A stretch of DNA of 64,000 bases, from contig CAZRGC010000004.1 of assembly GCA_964599625.1 (NCBI GenBank), positions 75,705 to 139,704 of the forward strand, written 5' to 3'. This document shows positions 40,727 through 50,754 of the stretch, one piece after another. The first letter of the stretch is position 1; each line of letters starts with the position of its first letter. The DNA comes from an uncultured Gammaproteobacteria bacterium. GTDB lineage: Bacteria; Patescibacteriota; Microgenomatia; UBA8517. A program made the translations under genes and the position numbers. The notes beneath the pieces were generated by a model. That model made no database searches and was not told the origin of the DNA. It saw nothing but the letters and a program-made list of their open reading frames with translations.

Positions 40727-41247
40727 TCAAACACAATGAACGGAAAAATTATGAAACCAAATCGTTTGGCTTCACACTTATTGAGTTGCTTGTGGGACTC
40801 ACCATAATTGGTTCTTTGTTTGGTTATGGATTTGTTAGTTATCGTGATTTTACAAGAAGGCAAACTTTGTCCAGTCTTGGAAAGCAGATTCAGGGAGACA
40901 TTCGTTTGGCGCAAGCAAACGCCATTAGCGGTTTTAAACCTACCGTAGGGGCTTGCGACAGTACATATGTGTTGGACAACTATAGTTTCAATGTATTATC
41001 CCCCACCGAGTACGAGGTATTTGCAACCTGTAGCAAAGTTGGATCGCAAAGTACGATACAAACAAAAGATGTTGAATTGCCTGCAGGAATAACAATCGCC
41101 CCGACCTCGGTTAACCCCATCACATTTAAGGTTCTTGGCCAAGGAAACAACATTCAGTCGGGCTCTAGTGCGACAATTGTTCTTACCCAAGCAGGAACCA
41201 ATGCAACTTACACAGTAACCATAACTTCGGGAGGAGAAGTAAAATGA
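40723..41247 (+). CDS. minor pilin (FimT/GspH-like)
   Basis: FG|FTLIELL; DIRLAQANA. Confidence 0.85.
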   Translation: MIKHNERKNYETKSFGFTLIELLVGLTIIGSLFGYGFVSYRDFTRRQTLSSLGKQIQGDIRLAQANAISGFKPTVGACDSTYVLDNYSFNVLSPTEYEVFATCSKVGSQSTIQTKDVELPAGITIAPTSVNPITFKVLGQGNNIQSGSSATIVLTQAGTNATYTVTITSGGEVK

Positions 41248-41684
41248 GAGAAAACGGCCAATCGCTTTTTGAGGTTGTTATCGCACTTGCAATCAGTGCC
41301 GTTATTATCATTGCTTTGGTATCGTTGGTTACAAACTCCATTAGAAATGCGGTGTTTTCCAATAATGACACTCAAGCCGGAATTTTGTCTCAAAAAACAA
41401 TCGAGTGGCTAAGAGGTCAAAGGGACGAAAATATTGCCACCTTCCTGTCTGCGGCCCAAACACCATCTTACTGTATGGAAAATCTCGACTTTAACCAGAC
41501 TGGAGAATGTCAACCTAATGATTTTATCCCTGGAACTGTTTTTCTTAGGCAGGTTGATTTTTCGCTGGGAACTGTTTCAGGAAAAACAGTTGTTACAGCC
41601 AGTGTTAAAATAAAATGGAATGACTCATTGGGTGATCACGAGGTAGACAACTCGACAAATTTTACAGATTGGAGACAAAGATGA
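41244..41684 (+). CDS. minor pilin (PilV-like)
   Basis: NG|QSLFEVV; IEWLR. Confidence 0.8.
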   Translation: MRENGQSLFEVVIALAISAVIIIALVSLVTNSIRNAVFSNNDTQAGILSQKTIEWLRGQRDENIATFLSAAQTPSYCMENLDFNQTGECQPNDFIPGTVFLRQVDFSLGTVSGKTVVTASVKIKWNDSLGDHEVDNSTNFTDWRQR

Positions 41685-42181
41685 ACCAAAAATCACAACA
41701 AGGCGTATCTTTACTCGAGATACTTGTAGTTGTTACTATATTTGCAATTCTTGGTGTTGTTGTCAGCAGGTCGGTTCTTTTGACTCTCCAGGGGTCCAGA
41801 AAAACTGAGTCTATTGTTAAGGTAAGAGAAAATTTAAGTTATGCAATGAATATAATAGAAAGACAAGTGAGGAATGCTGATTCAATTCCGGCCTGCCCAC
41901 TTACTGATCCGAACACATTAACTTACACAGATACGTTTGGTCAGTCTACATCTTTTACTTGTGTAAATATAGGTCAGGAAACAGGAAACGTTGCATCCGG
42001 ATCTGCTAGGCTGACAAACGACAGTATCACTGTTACAGCCTGCAGCTTTGCATGTGAGCCGGGGACGGTAAACAACCCAGCCTCAATTGTTGTGGATATA
42101 ACAGCAGTTGACAGAAACGCACTTAGTTCGTCCACTTCCAGCGTGTCTTTGTCTAATAAGATCTATCTTAGAAACTATTAA
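41681..42181 (+). CDS. minor pilin (PilW/GspJ-like)
   Basis: QG|VSLLEIL; IERQVRNA; ATGA overlap start; C-terminal LRNY. Confidence 0.8.
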   Translation: MNQKSQQGVSLLEILVVVTIFAILGVVVSRSVLLTLQGSRKTESIVKVRENLSYAMNIIERQVRNADSIPACPLTDPNTLTYTDTFGQSTSFTCVNIGQETGNVASGSARLTNDSITVTACSFACEPGTVNNPASIVVDITAVDRNALSSSTSSVSLSNKIYLRNY

Positions 42182-44040
42182 ACAATTACGACCTTTTTAA
42201 TGGCAGGGTTTCTTAGAAACGACCGTTCAAGATTTCTAATCTTTCCTGATGGCAGGTTTTCCACAATTAGTGTGGCACGGAAGTGATCTTTGCCTGAATC
42301 TTCGTAAGGCTCGTTTATCATTGGTTTTATATTCCCCCCATATTTACCGACAACTTTACCTATAAATCCCAACAAGTCTTTGACATCATCACCCTCAAGT
42401 CTTATGGAATTCAGGTTGAGATCATCTTTGGATAAATGAAACTCATCCATGGCTTTGTCCAAGTCTTCCACGCCAAGTTGTCCTAACCCAATCATTCTAT
42501 AAAGATTGCTTACATACCTTTTGGCACCCAAATGTCTAAGCATTCTGGTTACTTTTTCTGAATGTTTGGGAAATCTAATCAAATCGTATATGTCAAACAG
42601 TCCCCTTTTGGCCAGTACTTCTCTAACCATAGACTTACCTTTACTGATTGTCTCTTGGTCTTCAAATTCTGCTCTTTGATCTTCTATGGCTTTACGGGCT
42701 GGTGGTAACACGTAATTTACCGCTTCTGCATCGGGAACGGCACGTGGCGGCCCTACAATCACATCTACAGTGGACGCGTTGGGAATAATTGTTGATATTG
42801 GAAATTCAACTCCGTCTATAAAAATACCTGTTGCTTGCGCGCCCATATGCTTTTCTATTGAATAAGCAAAATCTAGTCCCGTTGCCTCCGGCCTTAGGAA
42901 CTTAACCTCACCACTGGGTGTGAATATAAGTTTAAGTGTGTAGCTAGTTATGTCAGTTTGCCCGCTTCTTATTAAACTTAATACACCATGGTTATTGAGG
43001 TCTTCTCTTTTAGATGTGGTGATAGCAACTTCAAAAGAGCGTTTTCCGGAGGAAAATGGGTAATCTAAAGTAAGCTGTATTGCGCTATAACCGTTGTCCC
43101 TTGCTTTGTACAAAAAATTATCAAACCGCGACGAGTCTTCCATTTCACCGAAGTTGGCCCAGATTGCACCCAGGATCATTAACCCTTCATTTTCTGCTTT
43201 TTGCGTTGATTCTGAATCGTCTGTAATTATCCTGAAACTTACCACATCGTTGATTTTGGAAAATCTGTGTTCACGGATCATTTTGTGCCTTATTCTGGCG
43301 ATACCATTGGTTTGAATTTCAATTCTTGCGTCTATACCCAAAGACTTTACCAAATTATCAAGCTTGGAAGTTGTGTAGCCGATGAAAAGTTCACTTGTCC
43401 TGGGATCTTCCTTTAACATGTGGGAAAAGCGAGTGTATTCGTCAGGATTTGTGAATTTTAGCGACAAGTCTTCCAGTTCAATCATAACTTTCCACATACC
43501 CAAAGATTCTGCAAGTTTTGCGTAGCTTAAAGTTTCTTTGGCTTTGGCAACTCGTTTTTCGGGAGGCATGAAGTTTAATGTCCTCATATTGTGCAGCCTG
43601 TCAGCCAGCTTAAGAAGTGCAACCCAAGGATTAATAAGTGTTCTATCGAATATTTTTCTGACGGTTTCTTTGTCTGCCGACTTTCCGTTTGTAACTTTGT
43701 CAGATCTGAATTTGGATACACCCTCCACCAAAAAGGCAACTTCCTCTCCAAATTCTTTATTTATATATTCCAGCGTAAGGTCTGTATCTTCTACAGTATC
43801 ATGGAGAAGTGCTGCTGCAACTTTGTCGGGAGAGTTTTTGATGCCCCATTCTTCGTAGATTATTTTTGCAACCTCGGTGCAGTGGGTAAAGTATGGAGCC
43901 CCTTCTTTTCTGAATTGGCCTTCGTGGGCTTGTGATGCGACTCTCCATGCCTTGAGTACAAGTGGGGTGTTTTTGACATAATCCTCAAAAGTCGAGGCAC
44001 CCTCAACTCTGTCAATTGATCTTTGCCTTTCCCCCTTCAT
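42178..44040 (-). CDS. RelA/SpoT homologue (HD hydrolase + degenerate synthetase + TGS + ACT-like)
   Basis: HEGQFRKEGAPYFTH, LLHDTVED, KLADRLHNMRTL; IFTPSGE...ATGLDFAY TGS. Confidence 0.88.
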   Translation of the reverse strand: MKGERQRSIDRVEGASTFEDYVKNTPLVLKAWRVASQAHEGQFRKEGAPYFTHCTEVAKIIYEEWGIKNSPDKVAAALLHDTVEDTDLTLEYINKEFGEEVAFLVEGVSKFRSDKVTNGKSADKETVRKIFDRTLINPWVALLKLADRLHNMRTLNFMPPEKRVAKAKETLSYAKLAESLGMWKVMIELEDLSLKFTNPDEYTRFSHMLKEDPRTSELFIGYTTSKLDNLVKSLGIDARIEIQTNGIARIRHKMIREHRFSKINDVVSFRIITDDSESTQKAENEGLMILGAIWANFGEMEDSSRFDNFLYKARDNGYSAIQLTLDYPFSSGKRSFEVAITTSKREDLNNHGVLSLIRSGQTDITSYTLKLIFTPSGEVKFLRPEATGLDFAYSIEKHMGAQATGIFIDGVEFPISTIIPNASTVDVIVGPPRAVPDAEAVNYVLPPARKAIEDQRAEFEDQETISKGKSMVREVLAKRGLFDIYDLIRFPKHSEKVTRMLRHLGAKRYVSNLYRMIGLGQLGVEDLDKAMDEFHLSKDDLNLNSIRLEGDDVKDLLGFIGKVVGKYGGNIKPMINEPYEDSGKDHFRATLIVENLPSGKIRNLERSFLRNPAIKKVVIV

Positions 44041-44067
44041 GGTTAAGGGATTATATATAGAAGTTAT

Positions 44068-45849
44068 TTATGGGGCAACTTCTTTCCAGTTTATTCTTCT
44101 TGTTCCCAAGACTGAGGGGAAGAGCAGTGACAAGTCCGGTGCGTATTCAAAGTATTCTGCGGGTGTTGTGAGATTTGATCCACCAAGGTCACGCTGAAGT
44201 GTTACAGAATCATAACCTGCAACAGAACCCCTCATCCTAAGTGGCAAGGCAGAAACCCCTGTTGAAAAAGAGCCTGATGCTACATAAATTCCTTCCAAGT
44301 CATACGCATTGCCGCCAAGTGCCGGATCGATGTTTATATCACCTTTGTTGCCCAATGAATCTTTGCCTGCAACTATCAAAAAGAATCCTGATCCTTTGGT
44401 GAAGTTAACTGTATCGCTAATATTGACATTGGCTGATGCTGCCAAAACAACAACTTTTTTAGATCCCAAACTCAAAGCAGAATTGATTGTTAAATCCAGA
44501 CCGCTTGAGGAGCCATCATATCGATACCAGTAATACCCGTACGATGGTGTTGAATTTGCATCAATCGCCGCCTGATCCAAAACATTGCTGGACAGTGTTG
44601 TTACCACGGTGTCTGCAGGTATTTGGTTGTTAAAATAGTTGTAATCATATTGTTTTTGGATTGGTGTTTCTGACTGGACCAGCCAACCAAGCTGTGAAAC
44701 ATCAAGACTATTCAGGCTTGTAGATATAACATAAGAAGGTATTCCAGGGTATCCTCCGGCACCTGCAAGGCTAAAATATTCCCCAGTAGGGACTGAACTG
44801 TCCAATACCCCCGAGCTTGCAACGTCTGCATCCATAACCTGCCACCACGGGGTTGCTGCCAAAACAGTGGTGCTTATGTTGTTTGTACATCCCAGAGTAC
44901 CTCCTGTAACGTATACGTTCTCTGTTATTGTCACCGATGACGTGGTGGGTGCTACGCCGGTTGCTACTGTTTGATATGCATAAGTTGCGTCACTCGCAGG
45001 GCTTACAGTTACCTTGGAGGCGTCACTGCTTGCAAATGTAACTTGTGTTATGCCAGTGCCAGAGGTAAGACTTGAAGTTATTGTTTGTGTTGATCCGTGA
45101 TTCAAAGTGACCGATGAAGGGCTGACATTACATGAAGAAACATAAGGTGCAGATGATGTTGTGTAAGATGCGCAGTTAGCATCCTGTACATTCATAACAG
45201 TCCAATAATAAACGGTATTAGGTGCAAGATTGGTAACTGTGTATGCGTTTTGTGACGAAGACATTGCTGTGGTAGAGCTATCTAACTTAACAGGACAAGT
45301 GCTAGTCCCCCCGGAACTACCTGCACAGCCTGTCTGGGGATCTGAATCTGTACTAACATATAATGCCTGGTAAGGGTTTGCGCCGCCGGTTGCCCCCGGA
45401 GTCCATTGCAATAGCACGCCAGTCGAAGAAAGTCTGGTGGTACTTAAGTTAGTAGGTGCTGTTTGGCCACATGTCCAAGCCTGTGTACAGGAATTTGTGC
45501 ACGCACAACCACTGCAACAATTACTTGTGCAACCGGGATTTGTGGTGGGTTGGGGTTGGTCTTGAGGACAACAATATCCATCACTGGCTCTATTACAAGG
45601 GTATGTGCCCGGCTGACATTGAGGAGAGTTGCAGCCGTTGTAGGAATTGTTGTCATTACAGGTTGCATAAGAGCACCACCCTGTTCCGGTTATGTTACCT
45701 GACGCGTCTTTGACATCGCAAATATATGGGTGGTAGGTCCAGTTAGCGCAAACACATTGAGCTTTTACTGTTTTTATTTCAGAGACAACAAAAAAGATTA
45801 AAAAAAACCCAAAAACTGCTATTAAGATTTTATGACCTATTTTCAACAT
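44068..45849 (-). CDS. secreted surface protein: Cys-rich N-terminus, fibronectin type III, Ig-like and beta-rich C-terminal domains
   Basis: Signal anchor; APTNL...LQWT...YTVTNLAPNTVY FN3; ends INWKEVAP. Confidence 0.8.
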   Translation of the reverse strand: MLKIGHKILIAVFGFFLIFFVVSEIKTVKAQCVCANWTYHPYICDVKDASGNITGTGWCSYATCNDNNSYNGCNSPQCQPGTYPCNRASDGYCCPQDQPQPTTNPGCTSNCCSGCACTNSCTQAWTCGQTAPTNLSTTRLSSTGVLLQWTPGATGGANPYQALYVSTDSDPQTGCAGSSGGTSTCPVKLDSSTTAMSSSQNAYTVTNLAPNTVYYWTVMNVQDANCASYTTSSAPYVSSCNVSPSSVTLNHGSTQTITSSLTSGTGITQVTFASSDASKVTVSPASDATYAYQTVATGVAPTTSSVTITENVYVTGGTLGCTNNISTTVLAATPWWQVMDADVASSGVLDSSVPTGEYFSLAGAGGYPGIPSYVISTSLNSLDVSQLGWLVQSETPIQKQYDYNYFNNQIPADTVVTTLSSNVLDQAAIDANSTPSYGYYWYRYDGSSSGLDLTINSALSLGSKKVVVLAASANVNISDTVNFTKGSGFFLIVAGKDSLGNKGDINIDPALGGNAYDLEGIYVASGSFSTGVSALPLRMRGSVAGYDSVTLQRDLGGSNLTTPAEYFEYAPDLSLLFPSVLGTRRINWKEVAP

Positions 45850-46361
45850 CTTTTTTGAAAATAATTAACAGGTATCTGACTCGAAAACGCCCACCAATCG
45901 TAACTTGTTATTTCTTTAACATTTCTTTCATCTTCCTTGCTTGTTATCACTTGAATATAATCACCCTGTTTCAAAGACTTTTGCCAGTCCTGATAATTCA
46001 TATTAGCATTTTTTGTAATATTCTGTTGTGGGTTTTTCCATCTTTCATCTTTGCACAAACTAAAGCTTGAAAAAACTGTATTTGAATTTGTTTTAAATTT
46101 CTTTAGACCGTCATAATTAAACAGCCATATCGTACTAGTTTTGTTAAAAGTGACTTGTTGAGAATATATACCAGAGTAGACCCCTGATTTTGGAAAGTTT
46201 CTTAACTGTCTTACGGAATTTTCTTTTAATTGCTGATCAAGAGTGTTTATATAAGAAAACGCCTCCCAAATTTTGGTAATGCCGAAGAAAAAAAATATGA
46301 AGCTCCCAATAGACACAAAAATAATGAGGAAAAGACCAATCTTTTGTATAAGTGCTTTCAT
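45843..46361 (-). CDS. membrane-anchored hypothetical protein
   Basis: N-terminal TM; overlaps the next gene start. Confidence 0.65.
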   Translation of the reverse strand: MKALIQKIGLFLIIFVSIGSFIFFFFGITKIWEAFSYINTLDQQLKENSVRQLRNFPKSGVYSGIYSQQVTFNKTSTIWLFNYDGLKKFKTNSNTVFSSFSLCKDERWKNPQQNITKNANMNYQDWQKSLKQGDYIQVITSKEDERNVKEITSYDWWAFSSQIPVNYFQKRC

Positions 46362-46407
46362 TCACATCAATTAAAGCACACCAATATTGAACCTTCAATA
46401 TGCCGAG

Positions 46408-47916
46408 TTATCTGGAGTAGCTTGTTTCTAAGACTATACCTTTATCACTAATATATCCCGGGTCACAGTTTTCCCCGAAATTATCCAACTTGGTTTGCAA
46501 GTCTGGATATATGCTGAACGAATTTACAACGAGAGGGTTTTTGAAATATGGGTTATCTGAAACAATTCCGGACTCGAATTGGTTGGATATAACAAGCAAG
46601 TTTCCCGCCTTTGCCCAATTCTTAATAAAATCAACTGTTTGTGAGGTTGAGTTTCCGTCGATTCTGTATACAAAAATGTTCCAAACTCCAGTATTTAAAC
46701 TTTTTGAATAAGAGAAAGTGGGCAATATTAAAAAACTTCTGGACTGAGGGAAGTCGTATCCCACCTCACCCGGCTGCAGTGTTGTAACACCATATGTTAT
46801 TCCACGCCTTACCATTGCCGTTTCTGGATTTGAAAAATTGTTTTTATTAGGGTTTCCCACAAACGTCAACTCATGGCTATTTCCGTAACACTGTACAATC
46901 TCCACTTTTGCTGGATCAAACTGATCAACAGGTAAACTTTTTAACCAATTTAAATAGTTTCCATTAAACAGGTCTTGGTAAGGAACTACACAATCTGCGT
47001 ATTTTTCAGGTGTACATATAGGGTATTGTTTAACTTCTTTTGTGGGAACTGGAGTAGAAGTTTCAGTGACAGCTTTTGTAGATACTGCGTTTGGAGTAAT
47101 TGTGGGTGTAGAAACTTCAACTCCGCTTCCATTCGGGTGATATGACACCTCGACAAAATTTGCTCCGTTTTCTACTTCTACGCCTGTGTTGGTTGTATTT
47201 GTATCTCCTTGGTAAAAAGGTGGGAAGAAAACAACTTTTCCGGTTTTTTGGTTTACGCTAAAAAGCGGAGTAACCGACTCAGGGTCAAGTTGGTCAACGG
47301 CTCCCAAAACGGTTTCACCATCTCCTGCAACCGGATCAACTTCACCAAGTTCAACAAATCTATCGATGTTTCCATCAAAAGAGGGTATCAAAACTTCAAG
47401 GTCGGGAACATTATCTTTGTTGGAATCAATTTGAGCTACATCAAAGCCAACATACGACTTTCTTGTACCATCCGGTTTTTCTTCACCTAATATCATTGTA
47501 AAAGGAGCACAAGCTTGAGCATTTTTACCTTCCATTCCAAACTCAACAACCTGAGATTTTTCAGGGTTCAGATCCAAGCCTTGTGCCTTTGCAGACGATT
47601 TAACGTTTTTAATAAAATCGACTTTAGGATTTTTAACCATGCTTATCCCCGTAATCTCCCCAACACCGCTCGGCCCCATTAGATTTTCAGACATAATCGG
47701 AAGCAAACTTGCATCCAGATTGCCAATTCCCAAGTCGGGAGCGACGGTAAACATGTGTGTGTCACAATATGGTTCCGAAGTTGGCGTTGGTGATGGCTGG
47801 TCAGCGGTAGGTGTGACGTAGCCGTAGGTTTTTCCACCACAACCAGCGAGAAGTGCTCCCACAACCATGGCCGAAGTTAGCCTGGCCCACCAAGGTAAAC
47901 GGCGTTCTTTAAACAT
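46408..47916 (-). CDS. putative lipoprotein
   Basis: LLAGC lipobox; Thr/Pro linkers. Confidence 0.75.
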   Translation of the reverse strand: MFKERRLPWWARLTSAMVVGALLAGCGGKTYGYVTPTADQPSPTPTSEPYCDTHMFTVAPDLGIGNLDASLLPIMSENLMGPSGVGEITGISMVKNPKVDFIKNVKSSAKAQGLDLNPEKSQVVEFGMEGKNAQACAPFTMILGEEKPDGTRKSYVGFDVAQIDSNKDNVPDLEVLIPSFDGNIDRFVELGEVDPVAGDGETVLGAVDQLDPESVTPLFSVNQKTGKVVFFPPFYQGDTNTTNTGVEVENGANFVEVSYHPNGSGVEVSTPTITPNAVSTKAVTETSTPVPTKEVKQYPICTPEKYADCVVPYQDLFNGNYLNWLKSLPVDQFDPAKVEIVQCYGNSHELTFVGNPNKNNFSNPETAMVRRGITYGVTTLQPGEVGYDFPQSRSFLILPTFSYSKSLNTGVWNIFVYRIDGNSTSQTVDFIKNWAKAGNLLVISNQFESGIVSDNPYFKNPLVVNSFSIYPDLQTKLDNFGENCDPGYISDKGIVLETSYSR

Positions 47917-47923
47917 TCAAAAC

Positions 47924-47952
47924 ATTATAGGACCAATAAATTTAAATGTCAA
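47924..47952 (-). promoter_or_regulatory. consensus promoter, leaderless lipoprotein transcript
   Basis: TTGACA-N17-TATAAT, ATG 7 nt downstream. Confidence 0.8.
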
Positions 47953-49076
47953 GTTTGTTTATTTCTTAAATTTATGGCTAATTTGTGCATTCTCGCTTTA
48001 ATATTTCCCCGTTCTATGACCCCTAGAATTACAAACATTAACCAAATAAAAGTAGGTATTAGATATGTGCGATCGAAAGCCAGGTTTGTAACAATTGCGA
48101 TAAATAGCGCAATATTCGCTCCATTTTTACTTTCTAGCCTGCTTTCAAATACAACTTGTTTTAATGTGAGGTATATCCAATAAATACCTATAGTTGCAAA
48201 AACACCGTAACCCACAACTATTTCCACAATTAGGCTGTGGACAATTTCTACCCCTGGGTAGTATTTTGGGAAGTTGCCAAAGCCAATACCCCACGGATTC
48301 TTAATAAGCAGTCCAAGCGACTCTGCAAAATATGGCCTTGAAAAGATGGTTGTTTTCTGTGTTCCAAAGTAAACTATTAGGCACAAGCCTAATATAAATA
48401 TGATATTTAAAACCATTTTTTGTCGATATTTGTGTCCTGAGATAAGGTATACAAACAAAACGGAAAATATAAGCGAAACCACTGCTGATCTGGAAAAAGA
48501 GAAAGCTACAAAAAACAGCGAAATTGCACTGAAAAATATATTGAACGGTTTAAATCCAACTGTGGGGTCTAGTATGCTGGGGACCACAGCAACCGCAAAA
48601 ACGTCGCCAATGTGATTGTGCTTAGACGTGGCTGTGGGATGGAATAAATTTTCAGACACATCAGATCTAAGGTCTTTGCCGATATTTGCAAATAGGAACA
48701 GGGCCATAACTATAGAAAGTATCCTGATAACCCACGGTATGTGTTTAGCGATTTCATCTTTGAGGTTATGGGCGGTTATCCAATAGACCGCACCTGAAAC
48801 AAGTATGATAAACAACTTCAGGTTTCCCCCAAAAAAAAAGTAGTGTGTTAGTCCCGTAATTAAAAACAATAAATATATTTTGAAATATCTGGGAAGTTTT
48901 ATATTGATGCCTGCATACAACAATAGCCCCCAAAAAAACAAATTAAAACAAAACGACAAAAAAATAGGATTTGCCATACTTCCCCCCAATGAAGCAAGAA
49001 TCAAATTGAAGGTGAGTAATGACAAAAATAGATACGAAATATTCTTTTTGTTTAATAACCTGCTGACCCGTAGCAT
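47949..49076 (-). CDS. O-antigen ligase/Wzy-like membrane protein, copy 1
   Basis: SFSRSA, SRPYF, GIGFGNF, VHSLIVE; multi-TM. Confidence 0.8.
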   Translation of the reverse strand: MLRVSRLLNKKNISYLFLSLLTFNLILASLGGSMANPIFLSFCFNLFFWGLLLYAGINIKLPRYFKIYLLFLITGLTHYFFFGGNLKLFIILVSGAVYWITAHNLKDEIAKHIPWVIRILSIVMALFLFANIGKDLRSDVSENLFHPTATSKHNHIGDVFAVAVVPSILDPTVGFKPFNIFFSAISLFFVAFSFSRSAVVSLIFSVLFVYLISGHKYRQKMVLNIIFILGLCLIVYFGTQKTTIFSRPYFAESLGLLIKNPWGIGFGNFPKYYPGVEIVHSLIVEIVVGYGVFATIGIYWIYLTLKQVVFESRLESKNGANIALFIAIVTNLAFDRTYLIPTFIWLMFVILGVIERGNIKARMHKLAINLRNKQT

Positions 49077-49127
49077 TTTAAGATTCTAACATTTTGTTTT
49101 ATATCAGATATTAGTTTATTATGAATT

Positions 49128-49592
49128 ATGGATTCTGAAAGTAATTCTGAAAAATACTTGCGTGTGATAATTGTAGTTCTTGTAGCTCTAATACTTTGCG
49201 GAAGTGGTTTTTTTATTACGGTCTACTTCCTTAAGAAAGATAAAGTAAATGTAAGTGAGGCGGCTGTTACAACCGATAGAAAAATCAAAATCGTTGATAA
49301 AACTAGTATTGATAAGATTTATGACTACACCACTTCGAATATACCTTCTGGACAAGAAACAAAAATATATGGAACTTTTGTTTCGGCAGACTTAGAACAA
49401 AGAATCATTGACGGAGAGAAGTATGTTTACGTTATTGGAATAAAAAACGACGATGGAAGTTTAACCAAAGTGCACTTCAAGAGCGATGAATACGAGGCTT
49501 TTGGAGGAACAATTCCAAGAGGAAGTTTTTGGGTTACAATGCCTGTTGTTGTTACCATAAATTCTTTGGGAATCTCTTTAGAGAAAAATTAA
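49128..49592 (+). CDS. membrane-anchored hypothetical protein (paralogue of 50755-51209)
   Basis: N-terminal TM; aligns by eye with the downstream copy. Confidence 0.75.
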   Translation: MDSESNSEKYLRVIIVVLVALILCGSGFFITVYFLKKDKVNVSEAAVTTDRKIKIVDKTSIDKIYDYTTSNIPSGQETKIYGTFVSADLEQRIIDGEKYVYVIGIKNDDGSLTKVHFKSDEYEAFGGTIPRGSFWVTMPVVVTINSLGISLEKN

Positions 49593-49660
49593 TCCTAAAA
49601 ATAAAAAAGTCAGGTACTGTTTTACATACTTTGTTTTTGGTATGAGTTTTTTCCTAGAGA

Positions 49661-50736
49661 TCAAGATTCCTCTTCTTCGATCCCTATACACAAAAACCAA
49701 AACCACATAAAACCGAAGATGATGTAATTAGGAGTAAACAAAAGTATTACGAGTGTTGACAACTGGACAGACTTTATAAAAAAGTTTTCTTGACCAACGG
49801 TTGTTAGATTTTTATAAACCTTAAACATCCATACAACAAAAGGTATTGAGAATATTCCAAGTCCCGAAACAATTTCCAGCAATATGCTATGTGCAAAGCT
49901 AGTAGAACTGCTCACAAGTCCAAAATTTCCCAAACCGACTCCCCAGATATTGTCAAAAAAAACTTTTATACTTTGAAAAAAATAAGGTCTGTTAAAAATA
50001 GTGGTTTTAGAAAGCCCCATAAACAAAAGTATGATAATGCTTAAAAGAGTGAAACCCACTTTCCATTTTGTAAAAATTTTGCTTACTTCCCCGTTTGCCA
50101 AATATAAAAGACCTAAAATTATTCCTAATATGACAGTTCTATTGAAGGATATAACTGCAAATACTAGAGTTATTATTATCAGGTGGGGTTTCACTTTTAC
50201 ACCCTTTTGCGCAACCTCTGTCAGTGCATAAAACCCCCATATTAACCCAAGGTTAAAGTGTATGGTTGGATCGGTTTGGGGAAAAATAAAAAAAGCGAAC
50301 TTGGCTAACTCAATTGGAAAAATAAAGGACAGCAAATACAAACCGGCGTATAGAAATGAAAGATATTTTATTGATTTTGTAATCAAATGAAAACTTTGAT
50401 TGTAGTTATAAAAAAATAAATACCCCAACACACCCAAGTTAAAGTTCAGGGCATATCTTAGGGGGTTGACTGTTTCGTTGATAAAAAATGGAAATAAGTT
50501 GAGTAATGCCGTAAATGTAAGAAGAGAAAAAAAACCCGGTGGTATTGATACCACTTTGTTATTTGAAATATATATCCCAAAGCCAACAAATAAAAAAACA
50601 AATACAAAAGTGAAGACGAAAATGCCATGGTATAGCCGGAAAAAGACAGGAAAAGTGCACCCAAAAAAGATGCAAACATTGTAAATTCCAACAACTGGGT
50701 TAATGTGTTTAAGTGGTTTGTTTTGTTTTTTGTCAA
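49661..50736 (-). pseudogene. O-antigen ligase-like protein, copy 2, split by a 1-nt frameshift (real or assembly error)
   Basis: N-terminus in ORF 50458-50736, body in 49661-50554; adding one base to the 7-nt run at 50592-50598 gives a continuous ~358-aa protein like the paralogues. Confidence 0.65.
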
Positions 50737-50754
50737 TTTAGTCTATTATAAATT

